A stretch of DNA of 48,306 bases, from positions 1 through 48,306 of IMG/VR virus record IMGVR_UViG_3300001528_000120; one strand, written 5' to 3'. Shown in pieces: positions 16,079-23,068 of this stretch (the first letter of the stretch is position 1; every line of letters begins with the position of its first letter). The position numbers were made by a program, and so were the translations under genes. The stretch comes from a virus. The notes under the pieces are model-generated. The model did no database searches and was not told the origin of the DNA. It saw nothing but the letters and a program-made list of their open reading frames with translations.

Positions 16079-16549
16079 TCAGAACTTCTGTACAATGTCG
16101 TACTCCTTGAAGCCCTTATCGTTCTCATGGTAAGCAAGCTGGTACTCAGCCTTGCCATCACCAATAGCGTCAAAGACCGCCTTGACGGTTTCCTCGAAGT
16201 GCTCATCGAACTTGACCTCGATACCGGATTCCAGAGAATCAAGCAGCTGGACAGCGTTGCGAATCATGAAAGCAGTAGCGCGAGTACCCTTCGGAGACCA
16301 CAAACGCTTGGTAGCGAACAACAGCTGACCAGCCAGTTCATCGTGGTTGATGATCTTGAACCACACTGCCAGCTGCGGCTTGCCCTGATAGTCACCCTCG
16401 AACGGGCACTCCTCAACGGCGCACTTGGTAACACGGACTTCGTAGTCACCATACGGCACTTCCTTGCGCTCCACGTTGGACGCAGATACGTCAGCAACTT
16501 CTGCTTCGATAGCGGACATGTCTCCGAACATTTCCCAGTTGATAGCCAT
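16079..16549 (-). CDS. DUF669-like protein (putative ssDNA-binding partner of Sak4-type recombinases)
   Basis: 156 aa with motif VPYGDYEVRVTKC...GKPQLAVWFKI. Follows the Sak4-like ATPase gene. Confidence 0.55.
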   Translation of the reverse strand: MAINWEMFGDMSAIEAEVADVSASNVERKEVPYGDYEVRVTKCAVEECPFEGDYQGKPQLAVWFKIINHDELAGQLLFATKRLWSPKGTRATAFMIRNAVQLLDSLESGIEVKFDEHFEETVKAVFDAIGDGKAEYQLAYHENDKGFKEYDIVQKF

Positions 16550-16604
16550 AATAAAAACTCCTTTATTCTTCGTAGGACTTTTCGTCCTCGTTTATTGTGT
16601 CATC

Positions 16605-16650
16605 ATTATAATACCCCGCGGGGCATTTTACAATTGGCAAAATAGCCAAA
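16605..16650 (-). promoter_or_regulatory. Conserved 46-nt promoter module, copy P2
   Basis: Minus strand: TTTGGCTATTTTGCCAAT-TGTAAA-N16-TATAAT. The spacer contains the perfect palindrome CCCCGCGGGG. Confidence 0.6.
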
Positions 16651-16657
16651 AAATAGG

Positions 16658-18190
16658 TTATTTTCCTGTGGATTCTGCTGTATCGAATGCTTCCGACAGT
16701 GCTTCCCATGTAAGAGGAATGGAATCCAGTTTGGTTTTCAGACGCTCGCCACCAAACACCATGTCATCTGCCTTGAACTCGATAGTACGCTCATCACCAT
16801 CAGCGACAACACGACCAACGAGACCAACCATGCCAGCGATCTTGGTGGAGACCTTTTCCTGAATGTTCGGACGGATAGAGGTTGCGCTTTCACCAGACTT
16901 TTTGGTAATGTCGCGGGAAGCGTCCTCGTGAGACAACAGGATGATGTTTTCGTAGTCCAAGTTCATCAGACGGCGAATCTGAGAATAGAACTCAGTGCGC
17001 ACCTTGTCCCATGCGCGGAAATTGTCATCAGATTCATGGGTAATGTGCAGCTTGTCAAACATATACAAACGACAAGACTCGTACAAGTCCTCCAACAAAT
17101 CGACCACAATGGTCTTGAAGGTGTTCTGTTTCTTTTCCAGTTCGTCCAGCGTTTCCTTGAACACTGCCCAAGCCAGCTTCTTCTTGACGATGCGACCAGT
17201 GACTTCCACATCATCTTTGATTGGCACGAAAGGTGCGGTGACGTAGACAGCGTTGCCGTCCGTGTTCAGCATCAGCGGGTCTGGCGCGTGGTCAGCCAGC
17301 GTGGTCTTGCCCGTAAACGGTCTGCCATACAACCAGATGGTACGCTTGGTGGGCTTCTCAGCGGTTCTTCTCTCGTTCTTCGGTAATACCATATCGTTCC
17401 TCCTATAAATCATGTAGTCAGTCTCACCGTTGGACTGACAATACTCTTTGAAATCACACCAATCACAAAGACGGGTTGGGTTCTTTGGAAAATCAGCACC
17501 CTTCTCGGCTTCGGTGAGAAATGCTGTTTTAGCTTGGAACTGCCGCACGGCTTCTGGCTTATACGGCACTTCTAGCACTGTAATGTCTTTGGACTCCATC
17601 TCCGACAACAACCGCTGTCGGAAGGTCATCGGAGTCTCCGTCCGTTTCTGCCGAATCATTGTTTTCGGCACAAAGACGTATTGTAAACGACCAATCTTGA
17701 TGTCTGGTCGCATTTGGGTTAAGTAGTGGGCGTAAATAGACAGCTGCGGGGAGTCTCTATAGCCGTCCACGTTGTTTGAAAACTTGAAGTCGTAAATGTC
17801 GTAGACAGTATCGTGGTGATGTGAGTAATCATCGTGGACAATAGTTCTGTGGCATTTTACTAACAGGTCGATGTAGCCAATAAAGTCATCGGTCTTTACT
17901 TCAATTTCATGCTCACCTTTTGGTAGGAGAGCCTTAACCTTTGGAATCCAGTATTCCAGCTGGATTTGCCAAGCAATGTGGCGGTCATCAATTACATAGT
18001 AGTGTGACAGGTATTCCCGCACACCTTCTTCTACAGTGGTCTCAATACCCTTGTGGAGTCCAAGACCAAGATAGAGAGCGTTGTTCGGCTCTTGGTCGGG
18101 CAAGGTAGTCAGCTTGTCCTTGTACTTGAGCTTGTACTTATACGGACACTTGGTGGCGCACTCAACGCGGCTATGGCTGAATCTGGTCAT
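16658..18190 (-). CDS. Fusion of a Cas4-like PD-(D/E)XK nuclease (Fe-S Cys motif) with a Sak4-like AAA_24 ATPase
   Basis: N-terminal CATKCPYKY plus CDWCDFKEYC (C...CX2CX5C). C-terminal half carries Walker A LYGRPFTGKTTLA. Confidence 0.7.
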   Translation of the reverse strand: MTRFSHSRVECATKCPYKYKLKYKDKLTTLPDQEPNNALYLGLGLHKGIETTVEEGVREYLSHYYVIDDRHIAWQIQLEYWIPKVKALLPKGEHEIEVKTDDFIGYIDLLVKCHRTIVHDDYSHHHDTVYDIYDFKFSNNVDGYRDSPQLSIYAHYLTQMRPDIKIGRLQYVFVPKTMIRQKRTETPMTFRQRLLSEMESKDITVLEVPYKPEAVRQFQAKTAFLTEAEKGADFPKNPTRLCDWCDFKEYCQSNGETDYMIYRRNDMVLPKNERRTAEKPTKRTIWLYGRPFTGKTTLADHAPDPLMLNTDGNAVYVTAPFVPIKDDVEVTGRIVKKKLAWAVFKETLDELEKKQNTFKTIVVDLLEDLYESCRLYMFDKLHITHESDDNFRAWDKVRTEFYSQIRRLMNLDYENIILLSHEDASRDITKKSGESATSIRPNIQEKVSTKIAGMVGLVGRVVADGDERTIEFKADDMVFGGERLKTKLDSIPLTWEALSEAFDTAESTGK

Positions 18191-18417
18191 GGTACTGAAT
18201 CACCCTCCAACACAATCACTGCGTCAGGGTAAATAACTACTTCCGCGTCCCCATTAAAAGACCCAACACCAGTACCATCAAGTTTGACAGCATTGACCTC
18301 TAGTCCATCAAGCGAGTGAGTGGCAATCCTGAGCCACAACTCGCCGCTGCTCTCGAAAACTTCGCTAACCAATACACGTTGGAACGGTTCGTAATTCATC
18401 GTGTGCTGTACTTTCAT
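18187..18417 (-). CDS. Hypothetical protein
   Basis: 76-aa ORF with AGGAGG ribosome-binding site and ATGA-type coupling on both sides. Confidence 0.5.
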   Translation of the reverse strand: MKVQHTMNYEPFQRVLVSEVFESSGELWLRIATHSLDGLEVNAVKLDGTGVGSFNGDAEVVIYPDAVIVLEGDSVP

Positions 18418-18878
18418 GGTGTACCTCCTAACAGTTCCACAATTCGCTCACCAATCTTGTCTTTGGTAGCAAACTCCCACTGCACACCATACTTATCTCG
18501 CATGGCATACATAATCTTGGCAAGGGTACGTCCTTTGGTTGCTACCTTGGATACCCGTAGTCGTGGGTTATACCAACCAAACACGCCAGCTAAATCCTTA
18601 ATCTTCGGGTCTTGTACTAAGATGACCAGTTGGATACCAGCGTCCTTGGCGCGTTCACACTCCCGCCTGAATCGGTCGTGTTGTTTGGTCACATTACCAA
18701 CAACCTCTTGTAAATCCTGCTTGGTGTCGATGCACACGGACTGGTTTGTTGGTAAAGTATAGTCACCACAGTAGAGTTTCGTTCGCTCTACGGTGTAGCC
18801 CAAATCTTCCAACTGCTTGTCTATATGTGCATTCTTGCTTGGCTTCTGACGTGTATCACAAAGAATTATAGTATTCAT
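18414..18878 (-). CDS. ERCC4-type nuclease (Holliday-junction resolvase-like)
   Basis: DTRQK...LYCGDYTL...CIDTKQDLQEVVGNV resembles the ERCC4 D..E/GDY/ERK pattern. Confidence 0.55.
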   Translation of the reverse strand: MNTIILCDTRQKPSKNAHIDKQLEDLGYTVERTKLYCGDYTLPTNQSVCIDTKQDLQEVVGNVTKQHDRFRRECERAKDAGIQLVILVQDPKIKDLAGVFGWYNPRLRVSKVATKGRTLAKIMYAMRDKYGVQWEFATKDKIGERIVELLGGTP

Positions 18879-19069
18879 TCGGCAAACTCCTCGTATCTGT
18901 CCAAGCAGTCCAAGCAGATATTCTCGCCACGAATGCTGTAGTATCGCTCGTCATGCTCAAGTGCTCTACCACAAACGTCACAGTACGTGTGGTACGTGGT
19001 TTCAGGCATAAAAGTCGGATAACCAGTGCGCTCCATTGCGGTGATGTCTGGATGTTCGATGTTGTACAT
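18875..19069 (-). CDS. Small zinc-ribbon protein
   Basis: 64 aa with CDVCG...CLDC. GAGGAGG ribosome-binding site. Confidence 0.5.
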   Translation of the reverse strand: MYNIEHPDITAMERTGYPTFMPETTYHTYCDVCGRALEHDERYYSIRGENICLDCLDRYEEFAE

Positions 19070-19081
19070 AGTCCAACCTCC

Positions 19082-19399
19082 TCAGACGATTCGTGCGAGT
19101 GATCTACAACCAATCACACGCTTGGTTTCGTCACGTACCAACTCATTCGGGAACAGTACGTCCTTGCGCTCTGGGCAAGCCTGTGCTACCAAACAAGAGG
19201 TGATGTAAAGCACATTATTCTCAGGCTCAGGCAAGTCCTTGATGTCGGTATAGGAAGTGTGGCTGATTGGCACGCCGTCCAGCATACCAAGGTGTTCCAC
19301 GTTGGCGGTTACTCTGGCAACGATGCCAGACGGCGGGATGACCACCGTTCTGTCATCTGCCAAGATCGTCACCGAATGTGGTGTCAGGTTTTTAATCAT
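19082..19399 (-). CDS. Hypothetical protein
   Basis: 105-aa ORF with AAAGGAG ribosome-binding site. First gene after promoter module P1. Confidence 0.55.
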   Translation of the reverse strand: MIKNLTPHSVTILADDRTVVIPPSGIVARVTANVEHLGMLDGVPISHTSYTDIKDLPEPENNVLYITSCLVAQACPERKDVLFPNELVRDETKRVIGCRSLARIV

Positions 19400-19431
19400 T
19401 TGTTGTTCGCTCCTTTCTTTAGCGTGACTAC

Positions 19432-19477
19432 AGTATAATACCGTGCGGGGTATTTTACAATTCGCATTTTCACCAAA
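19432..19477 (-). promoter_or_regulatory. Conserved 46-nt promoter module, copy P1
   Basis: Minus strand: TTTGGTGAAAATGCGAAT-TGTAAA-N16-TATACT (TTGTAA-N17-TATACT). The spacer contains ATACC..GGTAT. Confidence 0.6.
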
Positions 19478-19489
19478 TAATCAGAAAAT

Positions 19490-19669
19490 TTATTGGTGAT
19501 TATGTACAGGATTCATGTACTGCTCGAATCGCTCCCGTGAAATCCAGTAACGATACGAGTTTGGTGACATTTCCACCGCCACGCCAAACGGGAACTTGTT
19601 CTGGCGCAACCCCATTCTCAGGAATTGGATAGAAACTCCCATTGCTTTGGCAGCTTCCTCAACGCTCAT
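19490..19669 (-). CDS. 59-aa HTH_17/excisionase-like DNA-binding protein, below the ORF-track cut-off
   Basis: Hand translation: MSVEEAAKAMGVSIQFLRMGLRQNKFPFGVAVEMSPNSYRYWISRERFEQYMNPVHNHQ. Overlaps the upstream stop by 11 nt. Confidence 0.55.
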   Translation of the reverse strand: MSVEEAAKAMGVSIQFLRMGLRQNKFPFGVAVEMSPNSYRYWISRERFEQYMNPVHNHQ

Positions 19670-19877
19670 CTTCTGCGAAAAAGACGTTGCCCATCAAACG
19701 TACACCCAGCCCACATGCTTCTCCGATCTTCCAGCACTCATCAAGAGTCGGAAGTTGGTAGCCACGAAGGATACGGGTCACTTTGCACGGATGCCAACCC
19801 ATTCGTTCGCCAAACGCTTTACGTGTACCAAACTTACCCAGTACATAGTCGTTCAGAGCTTTGTAATCAACGTGCAT
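19659..19877 (-). CDS. Small HTH (XRE/Cro-like) protein
   Basis: AAGGAGG before the ATG at 19877. MHVDYKALNDYVLGKFGTRKAFGERMGWHPCKVTRILRG... Confidence 0.5.
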   Translation of the reverse strand: MHVDYKALNDYVLGKFGTRKAFGERMGWHPCKVTRILRGYQLPTLDECWKIGEACGLGVRLMGNVFFAEDER

Positions 19878-19889
19878 TTTTCTTCCTCC

Positions 19890-19906
19890 TTTCATTTGAA
19901 ATGAAA
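19890..19906. promoter_or_regulatory. 17-bp palindrome TTTCATTT-G-AAATGAAA just upstream of the HTH gene ribosome-binding site (operator candidate)
   Basis: 8-bp perfect arms. A second inverted repeat, GCATCGACC (19925-19933) / GGTCGATGC (19969-19977), lies further upstream. Confidence 0.45.
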
Positions 19907-19995
19907 ACTTACGCAATAAAAATTGCATCGACCAAAAAATCAGAGCGAACCACGCTCATATAAAACGGTCGATGCGATAGTTTTCCAAAACAGGC

Positions 19996-20064
19996 GGGGA
20001 GCAGACGGAGTTAAACCGCCATCTAAGGTCATGAGCCTTTACTCTGTCGTTGAGCTATGCTCCC
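19996..20064 (-). tRNA. Non-canonical tRNA-like element with CAT anticodon loop
   Basis: 7-bp acceptor GGGAGCA/TGCTCCC, loop CTCATGA and T-arm GGCGG/CCGTC. Lacks D-loop GG and T-loop C56, has an A-A mismatch in the anticodon stem, and no encoded CCA. Confidence 0.35.
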
Positions 20065-20142
20065 AAACGAACCTCCCCCGAAGGAGCACGCTTGCAATCG
20101 TGTTGGTTTCCGGTTCAACCGGACTTACCAAGAGGTTTATAC

Positions 20143-20218
20143 TGGCACTCTGGGGTGGACTCGAACCACCGACCGTCTGAGTAACAATCAGATGCGCTAC
20201 CAACTGCGCCACCAGAGT
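20143..20218 (-). tRNA. tRNA-Asn: tRNA-Asn (GTT)
   Basis: Hand-folded cloverleaf: ACTCTGG/CCAGAGT acceptor, GCGC D-stem, TCTGA-TTGTTAC-TCAGA, GGTGG-TTCGAGT-CCACC, encoded CCA. 76 nt. Confidence 0.85.
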
Positions 20219-20224
20219 ATGTTT

Positions 20225-20255
20225 GGTGAGGGATGATATGTCAGCATCCCTCACC
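20225..20255. other. 11-bp perfect stem-loop between the fibre-like operon and tRNA-Asn
   Basis: GGTGAGGGATG-atatgtcag-CATCCCTCACC. No U-run follows on the minus strand, so it may be a processing or stability element rather than a classical terminator. Confidence 0.6.
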
Positions 20256-20284
20256 GAGAGAAAAAAGAGAAAGGAGGTGATACA

Positions 20285-20749
20285 TCACCAAGCTACCCAA
20301 TTGTACGTGCCTACCAAAATAGGTGATGTTTGGGTAACTGTAGAAAGAGAGAATCCGTTTGAGCCGAAAGCGAGGTGGTCATTGGCATTGCCAATCGTAA
20401 AATCCGACCACGTTGTTCTGCTGGTTGAAGCGGTCTTAATGTAGTCCACAACACCAGAAAACAGGTCGGTGCGTGCCCAACCAAACACTCCACGTGCGGA
20501 GGTTGTGGTCTCGCTTTCGGAATAGAAAACCAACACATTGGTTGGCTTGAAGCCAGTGTTAACCGACTTCGTTTGGGCGGTCTGCGTCATGGTGAAAGAA
20601 CCAGTCTTGACAGACGGTATCTTGAGCACCAATGCCGCCAGCGCATCCAAGGTAGTGTTGGACGGCGGTGTTACGCCCTGTGCCGTTAACGCAGCTACCA
20701 AATCATGTTTGGCAGTGGTCAGGCGGTTTATTTCCGACTGTACACTCAT
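20285..20749 (-). CDS. Fibre-like small structural protein (paralogous N-terminus to the 20753-21019 product)
   Basis: 154 aa. N-terminus MSVQSEINRLTTAKHDLVAALTAQGV is parallel to MSIASEITRISNQRDTLRTNLIGLGL. Confidence 0.55.
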   Translation of the reverse strand: MSVQSEINRLTTAKHDLVAALTAQGVTPPSNTTLDALAALVLKIPSVKTGSFTMTQTAQTKSVNTGFKPTNVLVFYSESETTTSARGVFGWARTDLFSGVVDYIKTASTSRTTWSDFTIGNANDHLAFGSNGFSLSTVTQTSPILVGTYNWVAW

Positions 20750-20752
20750 GGC

Positions 20753-21019
20753 TTAAATCGCCGCAAGCGCAGTCTCAATCGAGTTGGACAGTGTGACTTT
20801 ACCAGTGCCGGAATGCAGTCCTGCCGGAACAGTGTAGCTCTCAGCCGTCATACCATCAATGGTTGCTGCGACAGCACCACGGTTTTCGATATTACCAACA
20901 GCAGATACGCAATCTTCCAGCTTGGCGGTTGACTCAGTTACCAAACCAAGACCAATGAGATTGGTGCGCAGTGTGTCACGCTGGTTACTGATTCGAGTGA
21001 TCTCAGATGCAATACTCAT
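20753..21019 (-). CDS. Fibre-like small protein carrying the SYTVPxGxHxGxGKV motif
   Basis: AAGGAG ribosome-binding site. SYTVPAGLHSGTGKVTLSN matches SYTVPQGYHDGSGKVAIS in the 46079-46651 product. Confidence 0.55.
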   Translation of the reverse strand: MSIASEITRISNQRDTLRTNLIGLGLVTESTAKLEDCVSAVGNIENRGAVAATIDGMTAESYTVPAGLHSGTGKVTLSNSIETALAAI

Positions 21020-21031
21020 AAAACAAGCTCC

Positions 21032-21193
21032 TTATATTTCACGGAGCAGCGTTTCAACTTCTCCCGCTAGTTGATACACTGCGTTGGACGATACTGGCAA
21101 CGGGTTGTCCGACTCGACCAGCTCTGTAATATCCACTGATATAACACCGTTGTCGATGATGATGCCCATTCCAGCTTCCAGTTCTGTTGCCAT
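21032..21193 (-). CDS. 53-aa fibre-motif protein, below the ORF-track cut-off
   Basis: Hand translation: MATELEAGMGIIIDNGVISVDITELVESDNPLPVSSNAVYQLAGEVETLLREI. Starts 17 nt after tRNA-Lys. Confidence 0.45.
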   Translation of the reverse strand: MATELEAGMGIIIDNGVISVDITELVESDNPLPVSSNAVYQLAGEVETLLREI

Positions 21194-21209
21194 GGTAAAA
21201 CCTCACTTG

Positions 21210-21285
21210 TGGTGCGCCATGCGGGGCTTGAACCCGCGACCCCCAGATTAAAAGTCTGGTACTCTACCAACTGAGTTAATGACAC
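21210..21285 (-). tRNA. tRNA-Lys: tRNA-Lys (TTT)
   Basis: Hand-folded cloverleaf: GTGTCAT/ATGGCGC acceptor (2 G-U pairs), ACTC/GAGT D-stem, CCAGA-CTTTTAA-TCTGG, GCGGG-TTCAAGC-CCCGC, encoded CCA. 76 nt. Confidence 0.85.
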
Positions 21286-21370
21286 AGGGGTGATGCCCCA
21301 GTTACGGGGCTTGAAGTTGCACTACGAGGATGTCGTGCGGGGTAAGACCGGAGAGTTATCTTACATGTTT

Positions 21371-21417
21371 ATTATACGAAAAAACGTTCGGTTTCTCTAG
21401 GTGTAATAATCACCAAA
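21371..21417 (-). promoter_or_regulatory. Degenerate sixth copy of the promoter module, upstream of tRNA-Lys and the early operon
   Basis: Minus strand: TTTGGTGATTATTACACCTAGAGAA-N16-TATAAT. Shifted by 1 nt relative to P1-P5 and lacks GCGAAT. Confidence 0.4.
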
Positions 21418-21440
21418 AATGAAAGAATTTTTTTGACATG

Positions 21441-21449
21441 GTATAATAA
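21441..21449 (+). promoter_or_regulatory. Extended -10 element TGgTATAAT on the plus strand, facing array B and the integrase
   Basis: tttttgacatggtataataag. The TTGACA here is too close to act as its -35. Confidence 0.35.
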
Positions 21450-21488
21450 GAGTGACGGTTACTACAAGTCACACTACCAAAACAGGTG

Positions 21489-21950
21489 GGTGTCACACAC
21501 TTTTGGCGGTTGTCACGCACTTTTCGGCTGTCACGCAAAAGTATGTGACACTTTGGTTTGAACTTTTTTGGTCAATAAGCCGATGCTTTGTGGTGTTTAC
21601 AGCTGTTTTGGTGAACTTTCAAAGGCACTTAGTTGAAATCTGTCACAGCGTCACAGACTTTTCTATATAAAAAACTTTCTATATATATAACGATGTTGCA
21701 GCAACAACATGTCAAAAAATATAGTACAATATAAGTCTGTGACATCTGTGACAAAATTTCCGGCACAGACGAAATCGCCAAAAACGCTGATTTTGCCCTG
21801 TTTTTGCAACTTTTTAGGGCAAAACGTGTCACACACTTTGCAAAAGTACGTGACAAAGTACGTGACAAGTGCGTGACACCTTCCAAAGTTTTTGACCATT
21901 TTTTCCGAGAGTTTGTATAGCTTGCACAAAAATGCATAAATATGAATGCT
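21489..21950. repeat. Array B: inverted, colinear, diverged copy of array A (5209-5657)
   Basis: 20-nt exact match: 5250-5269 ttggaaggtgtcacgcactt equals the reverse complement of 21867-21886. TGTCACACACTTTT at 21491 and TGTCACGCACTTTT at 21511 (20-bp spacing). Quasi-palindrome at 21641-21753. Confidence 0.85.
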
Positions 21951-22045
21951 GTATACAAACCCGCTGTGACACCTAGTAAACGGTCGGTTACTAACCTTTC
22001 ACCTATGAATCTATAGTAAAACACCTATGAAGGAGCGATGACATC

Positions 22046-23068
22046 ATGAAGAATCCGAACGGCTACGGCTCTGTCATTTGTTTGGATAAGACTGGGAAGC
22101 GGCGCAGGAAGCCGTGGGCAGTCAGAATCACAGTTGGTTTTGACGAGTCAGGCAAGCAGATCACCAAATATCTCGGTTACTACAAGTCGCAGAAGGAAGC
22201 AGCCATTGCGCTGGCGCAGTATCACATGGTTGGTTTGGACGTAGACGCAACCAAGCTCACCTTCGAGGACGTGTTCGAGGAGTGGCTTAAATCCACCGAG
22301 CACCGGATGACACCGCAGAACCAAGGCTCATACAGAGCAGCTTTCAGGCTTGTTGGTAGCTTGGCTAAGAAGCGGTTTAAGGACATCAAGTCCAATCACC
22401 TCCAAACTGCTTTGGATAGTGTGAAGCGTCAGTACAACACCAAGAAAAAGGTGCGCTCTATGCTCAAACAAGTTTGGGACTACGGGGTGAAAAACGACTA
22501 CGTGTTGAAGAACTACGCTGTTGGGTTGGAGCTTGATGGCAAACAGGAAGATGTCGGCAAGGTGTTCACAGCGCAAGAAATCAAAATGCTTTGGCAGCAC
22601 GCCGATGACTATCACGTCCAACTTGTTTTGGTGATGATCTACACTGGCGTTCGGGCAAACGAGCTGTTAAAAATAAACACGGCGAACACGTTTTTATCTG
22701 ACCACTACTTCATAACTGGTTCTAAGACGGACGCGGGGAAAGATAGGATAATTCCTATACATGACGCTATCCTGCCTTTCGTCCACAACATCATGGTTAA
22801 CCACCATCATTTGGCAGAATTTGACGGGCACGGAGTCCATTACAACACCCTGTATAAATGGTTTGGTGATGTCATGAAGCGGTTTGGTTTCGACCACAAA
22901 TTGCACGATACACGGAAAACAACCGTGTCACTGCTACACTCAGCCGAAGTACCAATCGAGACAATCCGATTTATCGTTGGTCACGCTCAACAGGGTATCA
23001 CCGCCCAAGTCTACTTGAAGAAAACCGCAGCGGAACTGGTGGCTGCCATCAACAAAATACCAGTTTAA
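22046..23068 (+). CDS. int: Tyrosine integrase (site-specific recombinase, phage integrase family)
   Basis: 340 aa with GAAGGAG ribosome-binding site. AP2-like arm-binding N-terminus. Catalytic pattern GVRANEL...HDTRKT...GHAQQGITAQVY. The only plus-strand gene. Confidence 0.9.
   Translation: MKNPNGYGSVICLDKTGKRRRKPWAVRITVGFDESGKQITKYLGYYKSQKEAAIALAQYHMVGLDVDATKLTFEDVFEEWLKSTEHRMTPQNQGSYRAAFRLVGSLAKKRFKDIKSNHLQTALDSVKRQYNTKKKVRSMLKQVWDYGVKNDYVLKNYAVGLELDGKQEDVGKVFTAQEIKMLWQHADDYHVQLVLVMIYTGVRANELLKINTANTFLSDHYFITGSKTDAGKDRIIPIHDAILPFVHNIMVNHHHLAEFDGHGVHYNTLYKWFGDVMKRFGFDHKLHDTRKTTVSLLHSAEVPIETIRFIVGHAQQGITAQVYLKKTAAELVAAINKIPV

Noticed and set aside
20039-20254. ORFs overlapping the tRNA genes (also 21067-21285 and 19923-20180)
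   Set aside because: They are translations of tRNA-Asn and tRNA-Lys sequence (..GGSSP.., ..AGSSPA..). The cloverleaves explain the region.
21286-21360. Third tRNA or tRNA fragment next to tRNA-Lys (ttcaagccccg resembles a T-arm)
   Set aside because: No complementary T-stem or acceptor can be drawn. At most it is a remnant, so it is not reported as a gene.
21452-22024. ORFs 21452-21670 (+), 21629-22024 (-) and 21663-21929 (-) inside array B
   Set aside because: They are built from GTGACA boxes and AT-rich palindrome sequence, and they lack a ribosome-binding site. The homologous array A has no matching ORF, so the conservation is at the DNA level.
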